Of a stretch of 64,000 nucleotides of DNA, positions 10,273 through 20,031 are shown piece by piece. The notes beneath the pieces were generated by a model, which was not told where the DNA came from, did not search any database, and saw nothing but the letters and a program-made list of their open reading frames with translations. The first letter of the stretch is position 1. Every line of letters starts with the position of its first letter. Location: assembly GCA_029821635.1 (NCBI GenBank), contig JALGSW010000002.1, positions 8,673 through 72,672 of the forward strand. Direction: 5' to 3'. The position numbers were made by a program, and so were the translations under genes. The DNA is from Candidatus Zipacnadia bacterium. GTDB lineage: Bacteria; Armatimonadota; Zipacnadia; Zipacnadales; UBA5352.

Positions 10273-12498
10273 ATGCGCGCAGCATCCTCGCCCGCAATCA
10301 TGACGCTGGCCCTGGTGGTGTCATCGATGGCAGCCTCCGCTGACGTTTCCTCACTGACGGGCCCCTCCGTGACGGTGACCGTGACCGACGACGCTCTGCT
10401 GGTCCGCTGGCCCGGCTCGGACGCTGAGTTGCAGTGCGCCGTCCCCCGGCTGACACTCGATGGCGCGCACGCCGAGGGCTGGGCCGTGCAGGCGCGTCTG
10501 AGCGAGGACGGGGCTGCGCTGGCGCTCACGTATGAGCGGGCGGGCGCGCTGCGCCTCGAACAAGTTGCGCGTATTGGCCTCGACGGAACGCAGGTCGTCG
10601 TCGCAACCGCGCTCACGAACCTCGGCGAGCGTCCTGCGCGGGTGGCGGGCATCGTGCCCCTCGGGTCGGCTCGGCTGGCCCTCGGCGAGATCGGCTCCGG
10701 CGACGACTGCCCGACCGTCTACGTGGACAGCGGCGGCCAGGGCGGTACGCACGTGGCGCGGCTCGACGCCCGCCGCGACTGCCGGGGCATCTGCGCGCTC
10801 TGGAACCCGCTCGCGCAGCTCGCCTTCGTCTGTGCCGACCTCTCCTTCGAGCATGACAACGCCATCGCGGTCGTTCCCGCCGATGGGCAGGTCGCGGTTG
10901 AGGCGACCACCTCGACGGCGATCGCGCTGGAGGCGGGGGAGACCCACGCGCTCGACCCGATCCTGCTGGACTGCCGCCCCTCGCCCTTCGAGGCCCTTGA
11001 GCGCTACGCCGACGCGGTGAACGCGCACGTGAACCCGCCGATCCCCGACCGCCTCCCCTGCGGCTGGATCTCCTGGTACGGCTACCGCCTGACGATGACC
11101 GAGGACACGATCCTCGCGGACGCCGAGGTGATCGCGCGGCACTTCCTACCCTACGGCGTGACGCTCATCCAGCCCGACCACGGCTGGCAGGATCGGGACA
11201 TCTGCGGCAACTGGGTCACGAACGAGAAGTTCCCGCATGGGATGCCGTGGCTGCGCGAGCGGCTGGGGGAGATGGGCTTCGAACTCGGCCTGTGGGCGGC
11301 GCCGTCGATCGTCTCGGAGTTCGCCCCGCTCTTCGGCGAACACCCGGAAGCGCTCATCAGCGGACCCGACGGCGCCCCGAAGGTCTTCGGTGAGCGCTGG
11401 CACTGGCCGCCGCATGGCGCGACCTACCAGATCGACCCGTGGACGGAGCCGGGGGAGGCCTACTTGCGCGACTTCGCGGGCCTCATGCACGACTACGGGA
11501 TCACCTACCTCAAGTCCGACTTCATCAGCAGTTGGGGCGGCGCGCCGACGCTGCGCCACGGGATGGGCATCCTACGCGAGGCGCTCGGCCCGGAGATCGT
11601 CCTGCGGCCGTGCTCGACCTCGCTGAACACGAACCTGGGGATCTGCAACGAGATTGGGATCGCGCGCGACATCGGCAACGCCGGCGGGAACTGGGAGCAC
11701 CTGGGCGTGGAGACGCTGGAGCTGGCGAGCAAGTGGTTCATGCACCGGCGCTTCTGGCTCAACAACCCGGATTCGCTGATCGTCGGCGATGCCAACGAGA
11801 GCGAGGGTGAGGCGATCGGCCGCGTGACGATGCACGCGCTCACCGGTGGCGTGATGTTCCTCGCCGACCGGATGCCCGAGCTGGCGCAGCAGCCCGAGCG
11901 GCTTGCGCTGGTGCCGCTGATCCTGCCCTCCTCGGACACACCCGCCCGGCCGATCGACCTCTTCCGCATCGGCGTCGACGGGCGCGACTACCCCCGGCAG
12001 TGGCACCTCCACGCCGACGCGGGGTGGGGCGCGTGGGAGGTCCTCGGGCTGCTGAACTGGTCGGAGGAGCCGATCACCGAGACGGTGAGACTGGCCGAAC
12101 TCGGGCTCGTGGAAGGCCGCCGTTACCTCGTCTGGGACTTCTGGCGCGGGGAGCTCGCGGACACGGTGGACGCCGACTTCGAGGTTGAGGTGCCCGCCGG
12201 GACCGCCCGTTGCCTGCGCATCATGGCCGAGCCGGAGCAGCCCGCGGTCCTCGCCACCGACATGCACGTGACGCAGGGCCTCGTCGAGCTGTCGGACGTG
12301 CGCTGGGACGCGGAGGCGAAGACGCTGTCGGGCGTGGCGACGCGAGCGCCCGGCGCTTCGGGCGCGGTCCTCGTCTACCAGCCCGCCGGATGGGAGATCG
12401 CAGGAGGCCAGCAGGGGGTGACGGGCGAAGGCACTCATGCGCGCATCGCGATCGACTTCGCCGAGGCCGACGAGGCCTGGGCGGTGACCTTCCAGTAG
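10273..12498 (+). CDS. secreted alpha-galactosidase-like glycoside hydrolase (GH36/GH27-type TIM barrel)
   Basis: The ATG at 10273 follows a GGGAGAGGTGG RBS and gives a signal-like MRAASSPAIMTLALVVSSMAASA. Motifs CGWISWYGY, IQPDHGWQ and YLKSDFI are typical of melibiase-type enzymes. Confidence 0.65.
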   Translation: MRAASSPAIMTLALVVSSMAASADVSSLTGPSVTVTVTDDALLVRWPGSDAELQCAVPRLTLDGAHAEGWAVQARLSEDGAALALTYERAGALRLEQVARIGLDGTQVVVATALTNLGERPARVAGIVPLGSARLALGEIGSGDDCPTVYVDSGGQGGTHVARLDARRDCRGICALWNPLAQLAFVCADLSFEHDNAIAVVPADGQVAVEATTSTAIALEAGETHALDPILLDCRPSPFEALERYADAVNAHVNPPIPDRLPCGWISWYGYRLTMTEDTILADAEVIARHFLPYGVTLIQPDHGWQDRDICGNWVTNEKFPHGMPWLRERLGEMGFELGLWAAPSIVSEFAPLFGEHPEALISGPDGAPKVFGERWHWPPHGATYQIDPWTEPGEAYLRDFAGLMHDYGITYLKSDFISSWGGAPTLRHGMGILREALGPEIVLRPCSTSLNTNLGICNEIGIARDIGNAGGNWEHLGVETLELASKWFMHRRFWLNNPDSLIVGDANESEGEAIGRVTMHALTGGVMFLADRMPELAQQPERLALVPLILPSSDTPARPIDLFRIGVDGRDYPRQWHLHADAGWGAWEVLGLLNWSEEPITETVRLAELGLVEGRRYLVWDFWRGELADTVDADFEVEVPAGTARCLRIMAEPEQPAVLATDMHVTQGLVELSDVRWDAEAKTLSGVATRAPGASGAVLVYQPAGWEIAGGQQGVTGEGTHARIAIDFAEADEAWAVTFQ

Positions 12499-12552
12499 AC
12501 GAGAGCCAGCGTCTCACGCACCTGAGATCCCGCTGCAAGGGAGGCGTGTGCG

Positions 12553-13620
12553 ATGAAAGTTGGGTTTCTGGGGCTGCCTGGAAGCGGCAAGACCACGCTC
12601 TTCAACGTGGTGACCGGACGCGAGATCGACCCGTCGGAGATGGGCCGGGCTGAAACGCGCCTGGCGGTGGTCAAGGTGCCTGACGAACGCGTCGAGCGCG
12701 TCGCGGAGGTCTACGGCTCCGCGAAGACGACGCAGCCGGAGGTCACTTTCGTGGACCTCATGGCGCTGCACACCGGCGATGAGCACAGCCGCCGCGATGA
12801 CAGCCTCACGAAGGTCGCCGGTGACGCGGATGCCTTCGCGCTCGTGATCCAGGGCTTCGGCTCGATGAACCATCGCGGTGAGGCGCTCGACCCCGGCGCG
12901 GACCTGGAGGCGCTGCTGCTGGAGATGACGGTCACCGACCTGGGGATCGTCGAGGGCCGCGTCCGGCGCATAGAGAGCGAACTGAAGTCCTCACGCGACA
13001 AGGCCAGTCCCGAGCGCGATCTGCTGCTGCGTGTCGAGGAGCAGCTCGGCGATGGCCGCCTCGTGCGCGACATGGAACTCATCCCCGACGAGGACCGCAT
13101 GCTACGTGGCTTCAACCTCCTGACCAGCAAGCCGCTGCTGGTCGTCTTCAACGTGAGCGACGAGGACCTGCGCGCGCAGACTTGCACCGGCGCCTGCACG
13201 CTTGCGGAGGAGGCGGGGCTCACGTGGATGCCCGTCTCGGCGGCGCTGGAGCAGGAGCTGGCGGAGCTCGACGAGGAGACGCAGGCGGAGTTCCTTGCCG
13301 AGTACGACCTCGACGGCCTCGCGCGCGAGCGCTTCATACGCGCCTGCTACGATCTGCTGGACGTGATCACATTCTTCACGGCCAATGAGAACCAGGCGCG
13401 CGGCTGGACGATCTCAGCGGGCGCGACGGCGCACGAGGGCTCGGGGAAGGTGCACAGCGATCTGTATGACGGCTTCATCCGCGCGGAGGTCATCGCGTGT
13501 GAGAAGCTCGACGAGCTGGGCTCGATCGCGGCCTGCAAGGAGGCCGGCTGCATGCGCCTCGAAGGGAAGGACTACGAGTTGCAGGACGGGGACGTGCTGG
13601 AGGTCAGGTTCAATCGGTGA
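12553..13620 (+). CDS. YchF/OLA1-like P-loop ATPase with TGS-like C-terminus, paralog 2
   Basis: 355 aa. P-loop is GLPGSGKTTLFN, the G4-like motif is FNVSDED, and the C-terminus reads VHSDLYDGFIRAEV...RLEGKDY. It aligns without gaps to 8986..10053. Confidence 0.8.
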   Translation: MKVGFLGLPGSGKTTLFNVVTGREIDPSEMGRAETRLAVVKVPDERVERVAEVYGSAKTTQPEVTFVDLMALHTGDEHSRRDDSLTKVAGDADAFALVIQGFGSMNHRGEALDPGADLEALLLEMTVTDLGIVEGRVRRIESELKSSRDKASPERDLLLRVEEQLGDGRLVRDMELIPDEDRMLRGFNLLTSKPLLVVFNVSDEDLRAQTCTGACTLAEEAGLTWMPVSAALEQELAELDEETQAEFLAEYDLDGLARERFIRACYDLLDVITFFTANENQARGWTISAGATAHEGSGKVHSDLYDGFIRAEVIACEKLDELGSIAACKEAGCMRLEGKDYELQDGDVLEVRFNR

Positions 13621-13662
13621 TGGCGGGGAACCGGGAAATGGGGGACGGCAACGGCGGCGGGC

Positions 13663-14469
13663 TCACTCCTCGTTGATGGTGCCTGAGCGGCGGAGGACGA
13701 GGGCGCTCCAGAGGCCCACGAGTGGCAGCAGCAGCGGCGCCACCAGGCAGCCGCAGCAGCCCGCGCCCGGCGTCGGCCCGATGTGTATGTGGCCAACGCC
13801 CGGCGGTGGGCTCGCCTGCGGCCCGCCCGGTACGCCTGGACCGCCCGGCCCGGCCATCGGCCCCCACGGGCCTGCCGGCTGCGCAAGTGGCTGCGGAGGC
13901 GGGCCGGTGTGCACGAAATGCGCCGGATTGAAGCCCGCCGGGACCTCGCCGCGCGTGAGGTAGTCATAGCCGGCGGTCACCAGCGCCGGCGGGATGCCCA
14001 GCGCACTCGCGAGCGCCTTGTGGCGCTGCGGGGCGAATGTGTATCCAACGAAGTCCGGACCGCGGCGCAGGATGTCCTCGACCTCACCGGCGCGCCCGCC
14101 AGCCCCGAACGCCGCGCACAACGCCTCCGCGTCCCCGCCCTCCGGGCCGCCCGCGGGCGTGCCATCGAAGTAGCCGGGCGTCGAGTCGTACTCATCGACG
14201 AGCCGCCCGTCCACGTGGAGCTGCAGCCAGAGCACGTCGTCATCGTGGCAGAGCGCGGCCAGCGCCGGGCAGTCAAGCTGCGCGGACAGTTCGCGCCCGA
14301 GGCTCGTGAGCGTGTCCGGGTCCTGCGACTCGGTGATGGCGTCGTAGACGACCGTAACGCCCTCGACCGTCGGTGACACGATCGTCTGACGGTTGCGGCT
14401 CGCGAGGTATTCGGCCACTTGCGGCTGCTCCGGCCCGCGCAGCGTCACGTTTGTGTAGAAGCTGCCCAC
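13663..14469 (-). CDS. hypothetical protein with Pro/Gly-rich linker and Cys-cluster C-terminal membrane anchor
   Basis: 268 aa. A globular N-terminal ~190 aa is followed by GPPPQPLAQPAGPWGPMAGPGGPGVPGGP, then GAGCCGCLVAPLLLPLVGLWSALVLRR. I recognise no family motif. Confidence 0.6.
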   Translation of the reverse strand: MGSFYTNVTLRGPEQPQVAEYLASRNRQTIVSPTVEGVTVVYDAITESQDPDTLTSLGRELSAQLDCPALAALCHDDDVLWLQLHVDGRLVDEYDSTPGYFDGTPAGGPEGGDAEALCAAFGAGGRAGEVEDILRRGPDFVGYTFAPQRHKALASALGIPPALVTAGYDYLTRGEVPAGFNPAHFVHTGPPPQPLAQPAGPWGPMAGPGGPGVPGGPQASPPPGVGHIHIGPTPGAGCCGCLVAPLLLPLVGLWSALVLRRSGTINEE

Positions 14470-14607
14470 TCAGCTCATCTCCTCGGCGGCATTCGCATCA
14501 CCTGAGTCTTCGCCCGCACCCCCCGCGGCACCTCGCGGGAGGCGAGTGGGCTTCCGACAGCGAATCGTGCATTCGAGGCACTCGGCTGCTTGGGAGGCGA
14601 CCGGCTC

Positions 14608-15951
14608 ATGAAGCTCATCGCGGTGTGTGTGGCGTTGACGGCGCTCGGCGCAGGGATGGCCCACGCGCAGCCGCCCCCGTTCATCGGCGACTACGACGCC
14701 GAACTGCGCGCCGGCGAGCACGTGGACTGTGAGCTGATGGTCGAGCGGCTCACCGAGCTCGGTGCGAACACGTACATGTGGCTGATCTGGCACAGCCCGA
14801 ATGACTGGGAGGACCTGCGCACCTTCCTGCCGATGGCCGAGAAGGCCGGGATCACCGTCTGGGTCTATCTCGTGCCGCCCTCGGAGACCGCCGCCACACA
14901 TCCCCAGTTCCCCTACTCGGAGCCCTTCCGCCTCGACTACGTGCGCTGGGCGGAGGAGACCGCGAAGCTTTCGCTGGAGTATGCCAACCTTGTCGGCTAC
15001 GTGATCGACGACTTCTGGGGCAACGTCAACCCGAACTGGTTCACGCCCGAGTCTATCGAGGCGATGATCGACGCCGGACGCGCGATCAACCCGGAGATCA
15101 AGTTCTACCCGCTGATGTACTACAATCAGATCGGCCCGCGCTTCGCGGAGCTGCTCGGGCCGCTGGTGGACGGTGTGGTCGCCGCCTACCCACGCGACCG
15201 GGAGGCCATCGAGCAGGTGCTGCCCTTCCTGCACGATGACTACGCAATCGCCTCGCACGGGGTGATCAGCTACCCGTGGGACGCCCCATCGATCGCGGGC
15301 GACCGCGGCTTCCTCACGCAGACCACCCGCGTCACCGATGCTGACAACGCCTCACTCACAATCAGCTACGAGGACGACTTCCCCGGCCCGACTGAGGGCT
15401 ATCACTTCATGCAGGTGCGCGTGGATGGCGAAGTCGCGTGGGAGCAGGACGTGGCGGGGGCCGACGAGGGCGTGGCTGAGATCGATCTGAGCGAGCACGT
15501 CGCCGGGCGCGAGGAGGTCACGATCGCACTGGGCGTCTTCGACCGCAAGGGCGTCGGCAACTTCGGCGTCACGGCGGCCTTCCCCGACGTGACGGCGACC
15601 GGTCTTGAGCTGCGCGCGATGGACGAGGAAGGCGCGTGGGAGAGCGATGCGCAGGGGCAGTTCACCGCAGTCGCGACGCCACCGACGGAAGGCCACGGGC
15701 AGTTTCATCTTCCCCTGATCGTGATGCCCTCAGGACAGCGCGGGGCGTTTGAGAAGCGCAACCAGGCCGACGCGACCTCCGAGCGCATCGCGGCGAAGGT
15801 TGCGATGGTGTTGGAGCTGGTGCGCGAGGGGAAGGTCGAGGGGATGGTCACCTACTGCCTCGACAAGGCCCCCGACAATCCGGACTTCGACGCGGTGAAG
15901 CAGGTCATCGCCGACCACCAGGCGGCGTGTGAGGCTCAGGACACACAGTAG
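14608..15951 (+). CDS. secreted hypothetical protein, glycoside-hydrolase-like
   Basis: Signal peptide MKLIAVCVALTALGAGMAHA from the ATG at 14608. The TIM-barrel-like segment NTYMWLIWHSPNDWEDL...GITVWVYLVPP and the motif VIDDFWG are present. The family is not identified. Confidence 0.6.
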   Translation: MKLIAVCVALTALGAGMAHAQPPPFIGDYDAELRAGEHVDCELMVERLTELGANTYMWLIWHSPNDWEDLRTFLPMAEKAGITVWVYLVPPSETAATHPQFPYSEPFRLDYVRWAEETAKLSLEYANLVGYVIDDFWGNVNPNWFTPESIEAMIDAGRAINPEIKFYPLMYYNQIGPRFAELLGPLVDGVVAAYPRDREAIEQVLPFLHDDYAIASHGVISYPWDAPSIAGDRGFLTQTTRVTDADNASLTISYEDDFPGPTEGYHFMQVRVDGEVAWEQDVAGADEGVAEIDLSEHVAGREEVTIALGVFDRKGVGNFGVTAAFPDVTATGLELRAMDEEGAWESDAQGQFTAVATPPTEGHGQFHLPLIVMPSGQRGAFEKRNQADATSERIAAKVAMVLELVREGKVEGMVTYCLDKAPDNPDFDAVKQVIADHQAACEAQDTQ

Positions 15952-16033
15952 CAAGCCCTGGCGAGGAGGCCCACGCCCCGGCCGCGGCGAATTCTCTCGC
16001 GCGCGCCAGACTCCATCTCCGAGGTGAACGCCC

Positions 16034-18646
16034 ATGCGCACCGTCGCCATCAGCTTGAGTATTCTGATCGCCGCAGGCGCCTGCTTCGCGGCCGACTTCA
16101 CAGTTCTGGACGGTGACCGGCAGGCGGTCATCGTCTACGAGACCGGCGCGGCCGGCGAGGCCGCAAAGGCCTGGCAGGACCTCGGCAGGTGCCTGAAGCT
16201 GTCCACCGGGCGCGACTTCGCCGCCGTCTCCGAGGACGCATACGAGCCCGCGATGGGTGATCCTATCTACGTCGGCATGTGCTCGCCGGTCAAGGCCGCG
16301 CTCGGCACCGACCGCTACGGCCTGGACCGTGACGCCTTCGCCGTGATCGTGCAGGAGGACGCAGTGATGCTCGCGGGCGCAAGCCCCTGGGCGACCTTCT
16401 GGGCGGTCTGCCAGTTCCTCGAGGATCACGTCGGCGCGCGCTGGCTGATCCCCGGGCCGCTTGGAGAGGACGTGCCCGCGCGCGATCTTATCACCGTCGC
16501 GCCGATGCGCAAGATCTACTCGCCCGCGGTGCTCTCGCGGCTCTGGAGCGGCGCGAGCTACGGCGGCGACTGGAGCCTCCGCCAGCGTATCCACGGGCGC
16601 TACCACTTCCACCACAACCTGCTGAAGGTGTTCCCACCCGAGCTTTACGATGAGCACCCCGAGTACTTCCCCCAGCACGGCGACGCCCGCTACCGTCCCG
16701 GCGTGGAGGATCACGGATGGCAGCCCTGCATGAGCGATCCGGGCGGAACCGCGCACGCCGCGCAGGTCGCGCGCGAATACTTCGACGCCAACCCGATGGC
16801 CGAGAGCTTCTCCTACGGCATCAACGACGGCCACGGCTACTGCGACTGCGAGGGCTGCCTGAAGATCCACCGCCCTCTCGCCGAGTGGCACGGCTTCTCC
16901 GGCGAGCGTTCGGTGCAGTACTACACCTGGCTCAACAATGTCGCGGCCGATCTCGAGCGCGACCACCCGGACAAGATGCTCGGCTGCCTCGCGTACTCGG
17001 CGGTGATCCTGCCGCCGAAGGGGATGCAGCTCCATCGGAACATCATCCCCTACCTGACCAGCAACCGCGCGGACTACTGGGACCCGGTCTTCCGGCGGCA
17101 GGACCAGGAGATGCTGCGGCGCTGGTCGGCGGTGACCGAGCAGATGGGCATCTACGACTACGCCTACGGGATGGGCTTCGCGGTCCCGCGCATCTACAAC
17201 CACCTTTTCCAGGACGCGATCAAGGACGCGGTGAAGCAGGGCGTGCGCGGTTTCTACGCCGAGGTCTACCCCAACTGGGGCCTCGACGGGCACAAGCTCT
17301 ACGTGATGTCGCGCATCCTCTGGGACCCAAATGTGGACGTGGACGCGGTCACCGATGACTGGAACGAGCGCATGTTCCGCGAGGCCGCCGAGCCGATGAA
17401 GGCCTACTTCGCGCTGGCCGAGGAGTCATGGCGTGAGAACAACTTCGGTCGCGGCCACTGGGCCTACCGCCTCGCCGCCGACCCGCAGCAGTTCCAGATA
17501 TTCCCGCCGGAGACCATCGCGCAGATGAGCGACTACCTCCAGCAGGCCCGCGACGTGGCGCAGGAGGAGATCGTCCTCGAGCGCATCGAGTTCTTCTCGA
17601 AGACCTTCGACGTCACGCGCGTGCTGGCGGGCAACTACTGGGCCAGCTACGAGGTCGAGGACCTCGTGGAAGAGGGCGCGTCGCTGACCGACGTCGCGCA
17701 GGCCATGCAAGAGATGGCCTCGCAGATCAGCGCGGTGGACGTTGATGCATTCATGCAAGAGCGCGTGGGCGATGACCCGATCGCCTTCTACCCGCCCAAG
17801 CAGTCGTGGATTACGCCGCTCAAGGCCGGCGGGATCACGAAGTCGCTACGCTGGGCCGCCGCGCAGGTCACCAGCGTCGAGCTCGACCGCGCGCGCGCGA
17901 GCGGCACGATCGACGCCGCGACCCTCCGGGCGAACATCGACGCGCAGATCACGCGGCTGTTCGGCGAGCCGGAGGGCATGTCGCCGGCGGCCGCCGAACG
18001 CTACACGCTGATGGTCGAGCAGGTCCGTGCGATGGCGACGAAGGTCGGCACTGCAATCCGCGCCGAGGAGCCGCCGAACATCGACGGCGAGTTGAGCGAG
18101 GCGCTCTGGGACCGTGCGGATGTGCTGACGGACTTCATCACCTGGGGCGGCTCGAGCACCGCGCAGTACCTCACCCGCGCCCGCGTGGTACACGACGGGG
18201 CGGACCTCTACGTGGCGCTGGAGTGTGTGCAGGACACGTCGAACCTGGTGACGCTGGCGGCGCCGCGCGACGGCTCCACGTGGAAGGACGACTCCGTGGA
18301 GATATTCATGAACCCCGAGCGCGACAGCTACGAGTACGGGCAGTTCATCATCAACGCCGCGGGCGCGTTCTTCGACCAGTGGCGGCAGCGCGAGGAGCAG
18401 ACCTACGCCGAGGCGCTCGCGCACGACTTCGACGCCGACTGGGCCACGAAGGTGCAGCCTGACCGCTGGACCGCCGAGTTGCGCCTGCCACTGAGCGAGC
18501 TTGGCGTCGATCCCGCGCACGATCAACTGCTGCCGATCAACTTCGTGCGTAACGTGCAGGGCAGTCCGAGCGAGATCTCGGCGTGGTTCGCGTCGATCAG
18601 GGCCCACGCCGATCCGATGGCCCGCGGATGGATTGTGCTGGAGTAA
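16034..18646 (+). CDS. DUF4838-type glycoside-hydrolase-like protein with C-terminal CBM9-like domain
   Basis: 870 aa with a signal peptide. The N-terminal pattern (FAVIVQEDAVMLAGASPWATFWAVCQFLEDHVGARWLIPGPLGEDVP) fits DUF4838 as I recall it. The C-terminus (IDGELSEALWDRA...DDSVEIFMNP...WTAELRLPLSELG) is CBM9/DOMON-like. Confidence 0.75.
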   Translation: MRTVAISLSILIAAGACFAADFTVLDGDRQAVIVYETGAAGEAAKAWQDLGRCLKLSTGRDFAAVSEDAYEPAMGDPIYVGMCSPVKAALGTDRYGLDRDAFAVIVQEDAVMLAGASPWATFWAVCQFLEDHVGARWLIPGPLGEDVPARDLITVAPMRKIYSPAVLSRLWSGASYGGDWSLRQRIHGRYHFHHNLLKVFPPELYDEHPEYFPQHGDARYRPGVEDHGWQPCMSDPGGTAHAAQVAREYFDANPMAESFSYGINDGHGYCDCEGCLKIHRPLAEWHGFSGERSVQYYTWLNNVAADLERDHPDKMLGCLAYSAVILPPKGMQLHRNIIPYLTSNRADYWDPVFRRQDQEMLRRWSAVTEQMGIYDYAYGMGFAVPRIYNHLFQDAIKDAVKQGVRGFYAEVYPNWGLDGHKLYVMSRILWDPNVDVDAVTDDWNERMFREAAEPMKAYFALAEESWRENNFGRGHWAYRLAADPQQFQIFPPETIAQMSDYLQQARDVAQEEIVLERIEFFSKTFDVTRVLAGNYWASYEVEDLVEEGASLTDVAQAMQEMASQISAVDVDAFMQERVGDDPIAFYPPKQSWITPLKAGGITKSLRWAAAQVTSVELDRARASGTIDAATLRANIDAQITRLFGEPEGMSPAAAERYTLMVEQVRAMATKVGTAIRAEEPPNIDGELSEALWDRADVLTDFITWGGSSTAQYLTRARVVHDGADLYVALECVQDTSNLVTLAAPRDGSTWKDDSVEIFMNPERDSYEYGQFIINAAGAFFDQWRQREEQTYAEALAHDFDADWATKVQPDRWTAELRLPLSELGVDPAHDQLLPINFVRNVQGSPSEISAWFASIRAHADPMARGWIVLE

Positions 18647-18678
18647 GACGAGACGCGAGTGACGGATGAGCCACGAGC

Positions 18679-18715
18679 GAACCGGGGCGACAGCGACGGC
18701 TGTCGTTCCCGGTTC
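18679..18715 (+). terminator. nested hairpin after the DUF4838 gene
   Basis: The outer stem is GAACCGGG / CCCGGTTC and the inner stem is GACAGC / GCTGTC, followed by TCGATTCTGG. Confidence 0.45.
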
Positions 18716-18757
18716 TCGATTCTGGACGAACGGTTCCCGATGATCCGAGGAGATCAG

Positions 18758-19972
18758 ATGTCCGAGCATTCACCCAACGAGTCTTCCGGTCTCACCACGC
18801 GCTCGCATGTGCTGCTGCTCTCGAGCGCGTTTTTCTTCATCTTCATGGGCGCGGGGGCGCAGCAGGCATTCCTGCTGCCCTACTTGGAAGAGTTCACCGA
18901 CTGGAGCCAGCTTCAGCGCGCTCTCGTGATCGCCACCGTCTACGCTTCGATGACCATCTTCCGCCTCGGCAACGTCTACCTGCTGCGCGACTGGCCGCAG
19001 TGGAAGTGCTCGATCGTCGGTGGCGCGGCTTACATCCTCTTCCCCCTCGCGATGCTGGGGCTCTACTTCGTCCCGAGCTACCCACTGGCCCTCGCCGCCG
19101 CCGCGGTCTGGGGCTGGGGCGGAGCGGCGATGTGGATGGGCACCACGCTGCAGATACTCTCCCTGGCCGACCGCGCGAAGAAGCACGGGACGGGCATGGG
19201 CGTGCTCTACGGCGCGACGCATGCGGGTTGGGCGCTCGGCGTAGTGGTCCTCGGCGCGGTCTTCGGCCTCGGCCAGTCGGTCGGGCTCCCGTGGCTGGTC
19301 TACGACGCCGCCACGATTCTGACGCTGGTCGGCTACGGGATCATACTCTCACTCCCGCGCCGGCCTGAGCCACTGCCGGAGATGCCCACCTGGGCGGCGC
19401 TCGTCGAGATCATGTCGCGGACCAAAGCGCGCATCGCGGCCTTCCTGCTCTTCGCGGCTTCGCTGGCGTTCGGCTTCGTGCTGGGCAGCTTCACCGACTA
19501 CGTGGAGAACGCCCACGGCGCCCAATGGCTGTGGATCGCGACCGCCTTCTACCCCTTCGCGCGCTTCGTGCTCAGTCTCTCTTCGGGGCTGCTGAGCGAA
19601 CGCATGGGACACGGGACCGTCCTCGCGATAGGCTTCTTCGGCGGCGCGCTGGGGATGGCCGTCCCGCTGCTGTGGACCAACCCGATAGCGCTCGCGGTGA
19701 CGGCGCTGATGCTGGGGCTGCTCAACGGGGCGGTGCCGGTGGTCAGCACGGCGCTGATTGGCGGGTCGGCCGATCAGAAGCGCCGGCCGCTGGTCTACGG
19801 GGCGATGTTCACCTGGCGCGATGCAGGCGTGGTGGTTGCGGCGGTTGCAGGCAGCCTCCTCGGTCTGCAGGTCGAGGGCGTGACGCTGACCTTCGGAGTC
19901 TTCGCAGCGGTCTTTGCAGTCTGCGGCATCGTCTCGCTGATCCTCAACCGCTACGCCGAGGAGCGGCTGTAG
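18758..19972 (+). CDS. MFS-type transporter
   Basis: About 12 hydrophobic helices. The ATG at 18758 is preceded by GAGGAG. The ORF-track start at 18659 adds a non-hydrophobic Arg-rich leader and is rejected. Confidence 0.75.
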   Translation: MSEHSPNESSGLTTRSHVLLLSSAFFFIFMGAGAQQAFLLPYLEEFTDWSQLQRALVIATVYASMTIFRLGNVYLLRDWPQWKCSIVGGAAYILFPLAMLGLYFVPSYPLALAAAAVWGWGGAAMWMGTTLQILSLADRAKKHGTGMGVLYGATHAGWALGVVVLGAVFGLGQSVGLPWLVYDAATILTLVGYGIILSLPRRPEPLPEMPTWAALVEIMSRTKARIAAFLLFAASLAFGFVLGSFTDYVENAHGAQWLWIATAFYPFARFVLSLSSGLLSERMGHGTVLAIGFFGGALGMAVPLLWTNPIALAVTALMLGLLNGAVPVVSTALIGGSADQKRRPLVYGAMFTWRDAGVVVAAVAGSLLGLQVEGVTLTFGVFAAVFAVCGIVSLILNRYAEERL

Positions 19973-20031
19973 GCGGCCCGCGCGAGACGCAATTCGTCCC
20001 ACACCGCCACATCCAGGATGGAGGGAGTCCC

